Shown here piece by piece: positions 38,401 to 50,851 of a DNA stretch of 64,000 bases. Position 1 is the stretch's first letter, and the number at the start of each line of letters is the position of its first letter. Where the stretch lies: the NCBI RefSeq assembly GCF_009914755.1, contig NC_060926.1; one strand, given 5' to 3'. Below the pieces are notes generated by a model. It was not told the origin of the DNA. It ran no database searches and saw nothing but the letters and a program-made list of their open reading frames with translations. A program made the translations under genes and the position numbers. Origin of the DNA: the human T2T-CHM13v2.0 reference genome, Homo sapiens.

Positions 38401-39383
38401 TAAACATACACACAGTTTATATAAACATCTATGTACACACACCTTATATATTAGTATTACATTATATGTAATTACATACAATGTGTTATATAATATAAAT
38501 TGTAAATATGATAAAATATATGTCCATATACACACATGTGTATTTTATAAATAGGATCATTCTTCATGTCTCCACATATTGCCTTTTACAATCAGTGATA
38601 AGTTGGAAAATACTCTAAACTCTATCTCTCTGGTGCCTTGTAAAGGTTGAGTTGTATCCTGCAGTGTGATAGCACCATAGTCCTGAACTGTGCTCCAATC
38701 CTAATGGGCCTGTAGCTTGCTTGTAGTGTTGTGGCTCTGGTACCTGTCTCTCTGAGCCCTCTGAGAGCAGTTCTCTAGGAGATGCAATGGCGTCTCTAAT
38801 TCACCATGTCCCTGCTTCCTCATGCCACAAGGCAAAGTTTCTCTTTAGCTTTGTTTGGCTTCTCTATGCCGTGTCTTACTTTGCTTGGTTTCTAAGCTCC
38901 CCACTGTACAGTGGGGATCAGCTGACACACATTTTAGTTCTAGCGTACGGGTTTGAATAAATGTATAATGGCATGTACCCACTATGGGGTCAATTATTTT
39001 TAAAACAGCCTAGACTCCACGGAGAATGAAAACTGAAGTGATCTCTTTCTCCTAGAGACACTGAAATCCTTTTGTTGACTGTGCTTCTAACTAAGGGAGG
39101 CTCTGGAAAGAAAAGTTTTGGAGGAAGTTTCTGGAGATGGCCCTGGGAGCCTCCGTGGTGGAAAGAACCTGGCAGGAGGCACCACTGGGGCTGGTCCAGG
39201 TGCCCGTGAGGGCACGAGGTGGGACACTGAGCTGGATTCTCTGCCCTGGAAAACTTGGCTGTTTTGGAAATCAAATATGATGAAGCTGATCTTCATTTTG
39301 CACCTCTCATATGGCTGGTTTCATATTATGTTCTTGGTACAATATAAGAGCAGTAAAATTACACCCCAAAATCGAGAAGTTAG

Positions 39384-40219
39384 GGGTGTGTGTATGTGTG
39401 TATCTGCATATGTATGTGCATATGTGTGTCTGTATGTGAATGGGTGTATGTGTGTATATGTGTGGATGTATGTGAATGGGTGTATGTGTGTATATGTGTG
39501 GATGTATGTGTGTGTGCACTGGTGAGTATGTATGTGCATGTGTCTGTATGTGTGTGTGGTTATGTATGTACATATGTATAAGTGTTTGTGTCTGTGTGTG
39601 AATGGGTGTATATGTATATGTGTGTGGTTGTGTCTGTATATATATGTGAGTGTGTGTCTGTGTGAGTGGGTGTATGTGTATATATGTGTGAATATGTGTG
39701 TGCCTGTGTGTATGTGTCTGTGTGTGTCTCTGTGCATGTGGCTGTGTCTGTACATATGTGTGAATGTGTCTGTGCCTACGTGTGAGTGGGTGTATGTGTG
39801 TATATGTATGTATGTATGTATGTGTGCACCAGTGAGTATGTGCATGTGTCTGTATGTGTGTGGTTGTGTGTGTACGTATGTGTGTGTGTCTGTGAGTGGG
39901 TGCAAATGTATGTGTGGATATGTGTGTACCTGTATGTGTCTATGTGTGAGTGGGTGTGTATATATGTTTGGATACATGTGTCTGCCTGTATACGTGTGTC
40001 CGTGTGTGTCTGTGTCTGTACATATGTGTGAGTGTATGTGTGTCTATGTGTGAGTGGGTGTATGTATGTATATGTGTGTCTCTGTGTGAATGTGTGTCTG
40101 TGTGTGTCTGTGTCTGTACATACATGTGAGTGAGTGTATGTATATGTGTGTCTGTGTGTGCATCTGTTTCTCTGTGTGGTTGTGTCTGTACATGTATGTG
40201 CATGTGTGTGTGCACATGT
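39384..40219 (+). repeat. Degenerate (TG)/(TA)-rich low-complexity tract
   Basis: About 835 bp of tg/ta/tc dinucleotides; exact 36-bp unit twice at 39431-39502. Confidence 0.97.
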
Positions 40220-43200
40220 AGTTTTGCAGTCCGATCCATCACCTGAAAGTCAAAGGGCACCTGCCGACAGGGATGTTGACATGAGCTCTGGCTAGGGTTC
40301 TTTCTTCAGTATCTGCCAGTGCTTTAAAAAACAAAACAAGGCAGAATAAAGAAGGTTGAGCACTTTGGTGTAAAAACACATTTCTCAAGAGCAAATTGCC
40401 GTCCCCTCCCAAGCCAAGAAGGCTGACTGTGATTCTCTTGAGTCCCCACTTCTTGCAGGTGTGGGAGCCAGGCTATCAGCCAGGCTGCCAGACATTCATG
40501 ACAGAGACATTTGCAGATCTGTCCTTGGAGGGCTGTGGCTCATTCTCTGCCCTTAAAAGTCTCCACGACAGAAGTGTCAAGCTGGCAAACGAAAACCAAA
40601 AAATTATGATACTCTCATTCCTCAAAGCAGTAAACCTCAAATCCTCTCTGAAGACACAAATAAATTGCTTGCTATGCCAACTTCTTTATTTTTATTTCAA
40701 ATAAAATGGTTTAAAAGAGTACGTAGTTCAACCGATATACTTTTAAAGTAGAATAGATTATATCTATTTTAATATATATGACAAGAAATGAGTGATAGGT
40801 TCATTTGCGAGTCTTTTGCTATTTCCTTCTCTTGCAGGTAATTTATTTTTGGGAATCATCACCGTCAATACCTAGTGACATTGATGTAGCTGGTAAGATG
40901 AGTACTCACACACCAGCCAAGCCTCTGGTGGAGAGCTTACAAATCAGTCAAAGACCGGAATGTGTGCTGAGACCTTGCAGCTTTATTTATTTTCCCTCCA
41001 GGGTGTGACAAGCCCCTAGCCTGGCTTCTTACTTCAACTCCAGGCTCTGAAGGCTTGGCCCCCCTCTGCCACTGGCATCATTTGTGCTGTGTTTGAAATG
41101 ACCATTACCGTGTCTGTCTTGATGAGCGATTCTGAGGACAAATGTCATAACAATGGAGGCACGCGACCTGGGACTGCTCTTCGAAAAGAATGATGAATCT
41201 CCCTGATATAAATATGAACTTTTGGAGCCTTCCAGGGAAAGACAGTCAGTGAAAGCTTCTCAGGGCTGGAGAAATTGGAGCTGTGAAGCTCTTCCTTGGC
41301 AATGGGCACATACGATGAACTGATTTTCTTTAAGGTGCTAATGACTGATAGTGTAAGGTGGCGTTTCCCCAAAGAAAACCAGTTTTATTCTTATTTCTGG
41401 ACTCACCAGATAGTCCATTTTTACCGCTCAGTCTTGTTGAGTTGTGACAGTGTAAGGCTTAGGGAGTGAGCATTCCAGCCACGTCTAAATCACACCAGGC
41501 TGGCAGGCTCTTCCGATTCCCACAGATGGGGCAGGGGAGAGCAGAGACCCACAGGTACTGGGGGCCCCACTGGGAGGGTGCCTTGCAGGAGGCTTTATGC
41601 ACCAACATGAAGTATCTTCTATTAGGAGCCTCCTGACCTGTGCTCCTTAGGTCACCTGTCCCAGGGCCATCTGCTTCTCTGCCTATCCTGTGGGTTGGGA
41701 GTTCTTCAGAAGTTGAAGCTCTTCCTAACTGTCTTTGCTTCTCAGCACTTACCCTAGAAACTGAGATACCCGGCGGGCTCCAGGAGGTTGGCTGAGTGAA
41801 TGGGAGCTGCTTAATGTTGCATGCCTGTGGTGTGCCGGGCTTTTGCTCACGTCCTCTCATCCACACACTCACGGCACACCTGGAGGGGAACCATGAGCCC
41901 ATCCGCTACATGAGGAAACAGGCTTAGAGCACGCTGGACTGTGGGGTGTCATGAAAGGGCCTTGGTACCCTCATCAGAAAGTGGTCATCTCTTCCAGGCT
42001 CCTCGGCTGCCCTGCAGAGGCTGCTGCCTCTGTCAGCAGGAAGCTCTGTGGCTGAGGCCGGAGAGGTGAGAGTGTGTGAATGTTTTGGAGAGAATGTCAT
42101 GGAAAACAAAGTCTTATTCTGATGGGACCTGTGGATGTGCAGAGCTGTATGTGGGGCCATGATGCCCCCAAAGTGGGCATTCATATTCCATGCGTGGGCA
42201 GCACCAAACCTGGTGGCTAGGTTCTCACCCAAGACCCCGGGTGCAGGAATGGGAGGTGGTACTAAGTTGCCAGCACCTTTGCAGCAGCAAAGTTTTTTTT
42301 TTCTTCTGTTCCTGCTACCCTGAGAGGTGGCAGAGTGAATGTCCCAAGTCCACAGAGTTAGTAAACAGCCACACCTGGGCTCAGGGCCAGTTTCCTGACA
42401 TCAGGCTAGCTTTAAATTAGAAATGGGAATGTCACTAGAGGGAAGTGCTGACGGGTCCTCTGCATACTGTGCGGCATCCTCAGACACGCACACACAGAGC
42501 CTCCACGGAGTGGGTCTGAGGGGTCTGGCCCCTTTTGTCTTCTCTAGCCAAAGATGGAGTGAGGGTGGACGCTCAGAACTCCTGGACCTCCAAGCTCTGG
42601 GCCATCTATTTAATGTATTTGAGCTTCAGTTTCCTGTTTGCAGGGTGGAGGCAGCTGTGAGAATTGGTTGAGATGACACACAGGCGGTGGCTGCAGCGGG
42701 GCCTGGCTGCAAGCACGATCTCAGTCGATGGCCTGTTATTGCCCCAGCTTTTACTTGCCCTAGACTCCCACAAGGCCCCTCCCTGCCATGAGTGCACTCC
42801 TGGTTGTTTAGCTTATGTGTTGCTTTCTGTAGTTGCAATTCTTCATGAGGACATACCCTGTTCTTATGAGTTGGACCTGAGCGTTTTGAAGGTCACACCA
42901 GCCGCCTGGTGTCAGAGCATCTGTTAGGGTTCAGTTCTCCTGTGCTAAGATGGCCTCTAAGGAGAACTGGGCAACCCCTCTGCAGCCACTTGTGTGGCTC
43001 CATATCATGAAGGCGAGGTTGTGGTGCCTGGAATGTGGACACATGGACACTGGTGTGCAGCACTGGTGACATAGCTGGGGTGGTCTGGATGGTGTTGCTT
43101 GATGCCCCCACGAGGATCTGTGTCTGTGATCATGAAGGCGATGCCCTTGGTAGGGGCATAAAGTGCTTGATTGCTGCAGCAGTCTGGCATTTTGCCAAAT

Positions 43201-44309
43201 GCCTCTGACAAGGACCCAGATGCACCTTTTCCCTCTGAACCTGTCTGATTTCTTGATGCTGTCATCTTCTGTTCTCTGTTTCCCTGGTGGATTTCCAGAC
43301 TGTTTGCTGATTAGATGAATTTTTTTCAGCTGTACAGATGGTTAGTAGCTCCTGGAACTGGCTTTCCTGCCTGTCCTCCAGCCCCCTAGCCCTGTTTGGC
43401 ATAATGGCTGTGGGCATTGATTAGAAAATAATAATGGAGTAAATTTTTTAAAGCTTGGGAGGCCCCAGCAATACACAGATTTTTTTTCAAGTTTTAGTCC
43501 ATTTTATGTTGGTTATTCCTAATCCTTAAAATGAATAAAGAAAACCCTCTTGTCTATAGTCACTGTTCGCCACAATAATTTTTTGTGTAAACATCTTATT
43601 TCTTTTTTTGTTTCTTTTTGTTTCCTAAAATTGAAAAGTCCACCAAATTTAATCAGACCTCAACTTTCCTGCATCCATTATTAAGCAAAGTTCGTCACTT
43701 GGAGCTTTCCAGATATTCTCTGGTCTGTTTCTGAGATCCAGATGCCAGCAGCCCATATAACATCAATACACCAAAAAGCATGCTCATGCAGCTCCAACCA
43801 GCTCCTTTCCCGCGGCCTCCATCTACACCCAGAGGACCCCAGTCCTCCAGGACAGGTGACTAAGGCCCACTGGACTCCTTCTGTCCACATACAGTCATTC
43901 TTACATCCTGCAGGTCACTTCTTCCCAGCCTCTTTTCCACCCCACCCTCACCCTTATCCCGGATATGCTTACTTCATGCGTAGAAAATTGGCATAGCCTA
44001 AGGGTGACTCTTGAGTGGTACAAACTCACCAGTGGATTATCTGTTTGCAGTCTGCCTTTTCCAACCTTCTCACAGTTACCCAGGGGATTGTCTCATAGTG
44101 ATATGCCCTTGCAGAATTCCTCTGTGGGTCTCCTAGGTTTCAGGATTACAATTCTACCAGTCGTTCTTGTATTGAAGGCACCCCACAGTCCATTCCAAAC
44201 TTGTCCGCGATGTTTTTCAATCCTCCCCGTGAAAATAACATTTTCATTCTACTTTCCCAACATGCCTACAATTCTTTATCTTTATAGCTTTCATTCATTA
44301 ATCAAGTGA

Positions 44310-44998
44310 TTACTGGGCCAGTGGTTCACATGTTGGTGTCAGAAAGTAAAGCCAAAGATTGGATAGCAAAGGCAAATTGGAGAAATCCTTCAGAGGACTT
44401 CCATAAATGTTCTGAAGCACATTGTGAATGGGCCAACGATACTGCCACAGCTTTACTAGACACTATCCCTTTAGTTTTCCAAAGAGTAGTTGATTGGAAA
44501 AAAATACAACAATGCTGATGAAATTTCAGTGAGCCTGTAGTGTCATACTATAAAAGATCTTTACAAAAGTCTTTAAATAACATTTAGGCCTATCAGAAGA
44601 AGGTTATACTAACCACCAAAATCATACCAAAATCAACTTGAATCCCCTTTATTCAACTTTGTAAACAGATTGGAAGAAGAATTGGCAATTATAATAAAGA
44701 GACAATGAATGCCCCCTTTGGGCTACCTCTCAAACTCATGATCTTGTTAATTTTGCTGATCTAGTGTCCCACACTCTAACCAAGGGAGAAAAGGAAAGGA
44801 AAGTTAAACAGAAAGCAAAAGCAGTAAAATCAGCTAAACAATTGTCCTACCAATTTGTAGCTCCCAAACAGCTTAAGAAGTTCCTAAAATGACCCAGTCC
44901 TCCACTTTGCAATTACTGGGAAAAGCCTAGATATTTCAAAAAGGATTATATAAAATTAAAAATGGAAAGAACAGCAACAGGCCAAAGAAGATGGAGAA
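44310..44998 (+). pseudogene. gag: ERV gag remnant (capsid C-terminal part plus nucleocapsid)
   Basis: 44306-44518 VHMLVSESKAKDW..AKANW..RVVDWKKIQQC (MHR-like); degenerate zinc knuckle CNYWEKPRYFKKDY at 44908. Confidence 0.75.
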
Positions 44999-47280
44999 CA
45001 GGGGTGCTCTGAGGAAATAAAAGACATCTTCTCTTTTCTCCTCACTCATTCCTTAGGGAAAATTGAAACTAGTTTAATTGAAGACCAAACACAAGCTCCT
45101 ACTGACATTGGAGCTACATTATCAGCGATAAATTCCACCTTACTACAAGGAGTGAAAAAAATACAAGTGGGAGTAAAACAAATACTTATATATCAGTATA
45201 TAAATCTCAACCTATAGTTGTGCAGGCAGGTCCCCTACAAGGAATGCATGTTTTTTCTTGGTTTCTTCAGCTCCCATCCATTTGTCAGGGAGAGGATTTT
45301 TAGAATTATAGAATACCCACATCTCTTTCTCCCAAAAAGGGGAACTATATTTAGAGTTAGAAGATGTGAAGAATTATAAGAACTATTAAAAATAGTACCT
45401 GATTAATTGTGGTCAAACATCTCCACTGGTATTGTGAAAAGTATCTGGGCTGACCCTATTAAAATTCAAATAGATCCATCGAAACTTTTTCTGAACCTTA
45501 AACAATATCCTCTAAGATCAGAGGACTCATGGGGATAAGACCTATAATTTTGAATGATAAAAAATAGGCTTGATTATTCTTTTTACAAGCCCATGTAACA
45601 CTGTATCCTCCCCATAAGGAATCCAAATGATAAAGGATAGAGATTGGTACAAGATCTGAGAGCAATTACAGACAGTCAGTCCCTACATCCAGTAGCACCA
45701 AAGCCCCATATGTTGTTGACTCCCATCCCAACAGAAGGTGAGTTCTTCACTGCAATAAAGCCTTGTAGTGCATTCTTTTGCATTCCTGTAGATAAAGAGA
45801 GTTAATATCCCTTTGTCTTCATGTGGGAAGACAGACGATACACATGGACATTTAGACACCTCAGGGATACACTGAGTGTCCTACTTATTTTCCACAAATA
45901 TTAAAAGCCAACATATTGGATGTTGAATTCCCTTAGAGATCCACCTTGATATGATACATGGGCGATTTACTTCTCTGTTCAAGGGATGGGCAAGCCTGCA
46001 TAGGAGAGGGAATTTCTTTATTACAACTATTAGCTTTAAAGGGACACAAGGTTCAAAGGAAAAGCTTCCATTCCATCAGAAACAATATATTTCACCTAAT
46101 ATCAAAGGAAGGGCTTTTAATCAATCTAGATAGAACAAAAGAAATATCGGCCTTCTCTATCCCAAAAAAACTGAAAAACAACTGACAGGATTTTGGACGT
46201 TGGCAGGATACTCTAGAAACTGGATCCCAAACTTCTTAAAAACTCAACCTTTATATACTCTTTTAAAACAAGGTAAGACAGACCCTCTAGAATGAACAGA
46301 GGAAAATCAGTTAACATTAAAAGAAATTATCAAAAGTCTTATAGATAGCCCCAGCATCGGGGCATCCAAATTATAATATTTTATTTTCATTGTTCATAAA
46401 AATCAGGAAAATGCCTTAGGCATTCTGACTCAAAAACATGAAGATCAACCTGAAGATAGACCTGTAGATACTGTAGTTAGCAGCTGGACCCCATGGCTAG
46501 AGGATTGCTGCCTTGTATGAAGGCAGTAACGACTACTGTCCTGCTAGTAAGAGTAACTGAAGAATAGTGATGGGATCTTTCCTTTATTTCACATTCTGTG
46601 GAAGTGCGTTTAACACTAAACCCGCACCACATTCAATGCTATTCAGTTAGTAGACTTCTTTCTTATGAAGCTCTTCTTCTTTCTTATCTCCATATTAGAA
46701 TCTCCAGATGAAATAACCTAAATCCTGCCACTCTTCTGTCCCTGCCTTCAAATGAAATGATGCATAATTGCATATTCTTAAACAACCAGCTTCTCTCTCC
46801 TAGAATGGACCTGCAAGAAACCTCCCTTACTAACAGTGATGTTATTTGGTTTACAAATGGATCTTACTTAAAGGATGAATCTGGAATATCAGGGCAGGTT
46901 ATGCTGTAGCAGCTTTGACTGAGGAAACAGAAAGCGCTCATCTTCCAGAAGTGACCTCAACTGAACAAGCAGAGTTAATGGCATTGATTACAGCCTGTCA
47001 ATTGGCAAGAGAAATAACTGCTAATATTTACATAGATAGCAGATATGCTTTCAGACTAACTCATGACTTTGGAATGTTATAGAAACAAAGGGGATTTTTA
47101 ACTTCTTCCAGTCAGTCCATAAAAAATGGGCACTTCATTTCAGAATTATCGGAAGCCATACTATTGCCAAAATAATTAGTCATTATTAAGATTCCAGGCC
47201 ATTTAAACCAGACACTCCAGGAAGCAAAGGAAATCAATTAGCAGATAGTAAAGTGAGAGGGCTGCCCTTAGCGTATCTGA
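44999..47280 (+). pseudogene. pol: ERV pro-pol remnant (protease, RT, tether, RNase H; integrase absent)
   Basis: Hand translation: TDIGATLS (DTG-like, 45104); KQYPL, SPCNT, RLVQDLRAI, SAFFCIP, YTWT, PQGYTECP, YMGDLLLC (YXDD-like, 45955); WFTNGSY, AGYAV, QAELMAL, NIYIDSRYAF; many stops and frameshifts. Confidence 0.93.
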
Positions 47281-47574
47281 ACAAGATACACTTCAGAACG
47301 CTGACCCCATTAGTTTGGAGTGACTGTGGCTTTCAGGTGGCCATCCTCAAGTTCTGCACTTGAACATGCTCTATACTTAATTCTCTTTACTGAATCTTAT
47401 TACTTAAGGTTAACAATGTATACATGCATGCATGCATTTAATTATTCCAACTCTGTTTAACAATTTTAAGATTATATGTTGCAAAAAAGGCTAAGAGTAA
47501 AAACATTAATATATTACCAGTGATTAGAGTGTGGATGATGGGTAATTTCTCTTTTTTTTTGTACTTTTTTGTGT

Positions 47575-47850
47575 CTTGAAAAATTTTAATATAACAAAAT
47601 ATTGAAATACAATATTGAAAATATTGTGTATTATTATGTAATACTGTGTATTAGTATGTAATATATTTAAAAATTGTGTACTATTTTCAATAGTAATTTT
47701 TTAAATATAACTATTTTTAATAAAAATGTTTAATAAAATTTTTTTAATTTACATTTTCAATTAAAAATTAAAATGTTTAATATAAACATTTTTCAATCAA
47801 AAAATTTTAATATTGAAAATAATACACAATTCACTACTATCATTTTTATA
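47575..47850. repeat. Very AT-rich low-complexity patchwork with an internal inverted repeat
   Basis: Recurrent 'aatattgaaa', 'tgtgtatta', 'aaaatgtttaata' motifs. Confidence 0.85.
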
Positions 47851-47914
47851 ATGACTTTTCAAAAAAACTGTACTTGCATTTTTGAGCCAATTCTATGTGT
47901 GTTTCAACACCCAA

Positions 47915-48190
47915 ATGTAGCTCCAACTTGCCACACATCATTTTCAGGCCACCACAGGCTGCCTACCCCTTCCTACAAACTCTAGTAACACTCATTGCTT
48001 TTGTCACTAGTCTGGCATATTGTATGACATTATCTACTTCTTCTGTTTGTATATACAATTTTTTCTCCCCAGTTAAATTATGAGCGAATGAGAAGCATGT
48101 CTTAGGTATTGTCGTGCCCCCTCAGCACCTAGCCAATTGTCTTGTGTAAAAAAAAAAAATTGGGTGAATAATTTGTGTTGATAAATGTTA
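47915..48190 (+). mobile_element. L2 3' end remnant (an upstream L2-like piece lies at ~43900-44300)
   Basis: 'tctccccagttaaattatgagc...cctcagcacctagc...aataatttgtgttgataaatg' resembles the L2 terminus. Confidence 0.55.
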
Positions 48191-48744
48191 AGATATGCTA
48201 AAGGTTTACATAGGGTTTACACAGATAACAAATCATTCTTCCATTTGAAATAGGCAAGTGATAACAAAGCAAACTCCTATAGGGGATCTGTTTAAATAAA
48301 AATACCTAAAGAAGGGATAATATGGAGGGACTCATGTCCTTTAAGCTCCTGCTCTGGCAGCCATGTGGAATGATGACTGTTTTCTTCCAACAGCCTCATG
48401 GGGTAAGTGCTCCTCATCCCCATTCCACAGGGCAGGAGATGGGGGCCCACAGGTGTCAGTCCTGTGCCTGAGGTCACCCAGCTAGTGAGCACCAGTGCTA
48501 GCGTCTATACAGGTTTGACTAGCTTCAAACTCACCCCCCTTTTATTGGTGTCTCATGCAATAAGATTTGGTTGTGGAGTGGACTTCTGGGCACAGTGGAT
48601 GTGATATTCTACCCCTTCCCCTTTCCAGCTAGGCATCTGGCCAGGTAAGGGAAAGCTGAGGGTCAGGATAAAATAACAAAAGTCTAATCTCCAGTCCCCA
48701 AGCATATCAGCATCTCCTGCATTTTATGAACACTTCAGTTGTAG

Positions 48745-49514
48745 TTCTTTATGGAAATAAATGAAGATCACTGAAATGAGAATAGAGTATTTACTCAGAG
48801 CTTGCTACACTGCAGGGAAGTCAGCCACCATAACCTGCATGCAGCCGACTCAAAGGCAGACAGGGGTGTGGGAGCCTTTATAGTGGAAAACAAGGAAGAC
48901 TCAGGGGTGCTCTGATTGGAGGCTGCCAGCATGGGGAGTCTGTAAGTGGACTACCTAGTCACAGGACAACCTATGTGCTATAATCTGAATATTCGTATAC
49001 TCCCGAATGTGTATGTTGAAATCCTAACCTCCAAAGGAATGGTATTAGGAGGTGGGGCTTTTGGGGAGATGATTAGATTGAGGACAAGCCCTTGGGAATA
49101 GGAGTAGTGATTGTATACAAGAGGCTCAAGGGGGCTTGTTCACCCCTTCCACTATGTGAGGACACAAGAAGGCACCTGCTATGAATCAGAAGTGCGTCTT
49201 CACCAGACAGCCAGCACCTTCATCTTGGACTTTTCAACTTCTAGAACCACAAGGAATAAATTTCTGTTTCTAACCCAGCCAGTTTATAGCATTTTGTTAC
49301 AGCAGCCTGAACAGACTAAGGCACTATATGATTGGTTTGGGGAGCACATTTGGGTTTCTCTGGTTGGTCCTGAGTTGGAAGCAGGGGTAATGATTTGGGA
49401 AGATGCCAGTGGCTAATCAGTACCTCACTGTTCTGGGCTGGTTGTTGCAAAGGTTTTGGGTCAGAGTTCAGCTGCTGTATAAGGCCATTGTGTATGTGTA
49501 TATTCAGCAACTCA
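48745..49514 (-). mobile_element. Old ERV solo LTR (family not assigned), split by MLT1A
   Basis: LTR-like text 'tatttactcagagcttgcta...ctctgattggaggctg...ctatg | tgattggtttggggagcac...tgtatattcagcaactca' is continuous across the insertion. Confidence 0.7.
48976..49323 (+). mobile_element. MaLR solo LTR (MLT1A0-like)
   Basis: TG...CA termini; 'tatgttgaaatcctaacctcc', 'catcttggactt', AATAAA, 'agcagcctgaacagactaaggca'; 5-bp TSD ctatg/ctata. Confidence 0.92.
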
Positions 49515-50051
49515 TCATTAAAAACTATGCAATAATGAAACACAATTATAAATGGGTTGAAGGATCATGAAAGACCTCCTACAGAAAGTAGGGCATGAAA
49601 AGAACTTTGAAACCTACCAAATCCAGGCTGAATGGAGTTCTGGGCATATGTTTGAATACGCAAAAACAGTTTGTAGTGATATATTTATCCAAGAAGGAAA
49701 ATAAAACTATGTGAATCTTGAATTTGAAAATTTTATAAGTGCCCTTGTACTCACTGAGAACATTGGAAATGTGAGAATTCAAACCTCTGATGTTACTGGT
49801 TGCAGAAAATATTTCTATTTCTTTATATAACATACAAGTTTTAACTATTTGTGTTTTCTGCTCTGCGATCAGAACATGGTGTAACAGGGCAGAAAGGGCT
49901 TCTATTTTGAAACGAGAAAGACCCATATCTGAATCCTTACTTCTGAACTTCTACCCATATGATCTTCAACAACTTAATTCATCTTTCTGAGCAGGAATAG
50001 TAATATCCACCTCCTGGGTTAATACTTGTAAAGATTAGAAGAGAAAAAAAG

Positions 50052-50086
<35 letters not shown>
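50052..50086. repeat. (TA)n microsatellite
   Basis: Direct read. Confidence 0.95.
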
Positions 50087-50087
<1 letters not shown>

Positions 50088-50489
50088 AATAGGTACATGT
50101 ACCTAATAGAAAACCCAATGTAGTCTGGAATTTCTGATGAGTTAAAATGCAAGAGAAAGCAGTAAAATTGTTGCTGGTGCCTTTCCCCAAGCCCTGAGGA
50201 ATCCATTGTCCTCAGCTTTCCTGGAGGGTGCTAAATTCTGTGTATGCTGTCTCTTTAACCCTGTCACTGTGGTTCCTTATTGTTGTTCCTCCTAGGCTCC
50301 CAGAGAATGGCATTCAACTGCTAAGATCGATGAGGCTAATTTACACCTGGGATCTAGCTATCACACAGGTGAACAGAGCTGCACTCATTCAGATGTCTAC
50401 CTTCGGAGAACCTTTAGAGGCCCTACCGCTGTGGTTCCCACCACACTGTGGCTGCATAAAGGAATCACTGGGGCCAAATCACTGGGGCC

Positions 50490-50851
50490 GGTCATAGTCA
50501 GCTCAGGCTACCATAAGAAAATATCACAGACTGGGAGGCTTAAGCAATGCCTATTTCTCATGGTTCTGGAGTCTGGGAAATCCAAGATCAAAGTGCTGGC
50601 AGATTTGGTGTCCGGCAGGGGCTTGCTTTCTGGCTGGCAGACAGCTGCCTTCTTGATGTGTCTTCGTATGGAAGATAGAAAACTCTGTCTCTCTTCCTCT
50701 TCTTATAAGGACACTAATCCTATCAGGGGGTCTCCATCCTCAAAACTTCATCTAAATCTAATCACTTCCCTGCATCCAAACACCACCACATTCAGGATTG
50801 CGGCTTCAACATATGAATTCTGAGGGGCACACAAACATTCAGCTCACAGCA
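50490..50851 (-). mobile_element. MaLR solo LTR (MLT1A/B-like)
   Basis: 'caggctaccataagaaaatatcacagactggg...tatttctcatggttctggag...cttataaggacactaatcc...acaaacattcagctcacagca'. Confidence 0.9.

Larger units (their letters stand above)
44310..47415 (+). mobile_element. Decayed class I (ERV1, gamma-like) provirus fragment: partial gag, pro, RT, RNase H, then the 3' part of an LTR
   Basis: Domain motifs in order (see the pseudogene entries); ends in a MER4-group-like LTR terminus 'ggccatcctcaag...tgaatcttattacttaaggttaaca'. Confidence 0.92.

Noticed and set aside
39307-40260. Cys/Val/Met-rich and His/Thr-rich ORFs up to 218 aa (metallothionein-like appearance)
   Set aside because: Stop-poor translations of the TG-rich tract on both strands.
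41401-41460. Minus-strand 'aaaATGGACTATCTG|gtgagt' as a first coding exon
   Set aside because: Only four codons, no promoter or CpG island, and no linkable downstream coding exon; chance cannot be excluded.
44310-47280. Domesticated or intact retroviral gene
   Set aside because: Catalytic motifs are degenerate (DIG, YMGD, TNGS) with frequent stops and frameshifts.
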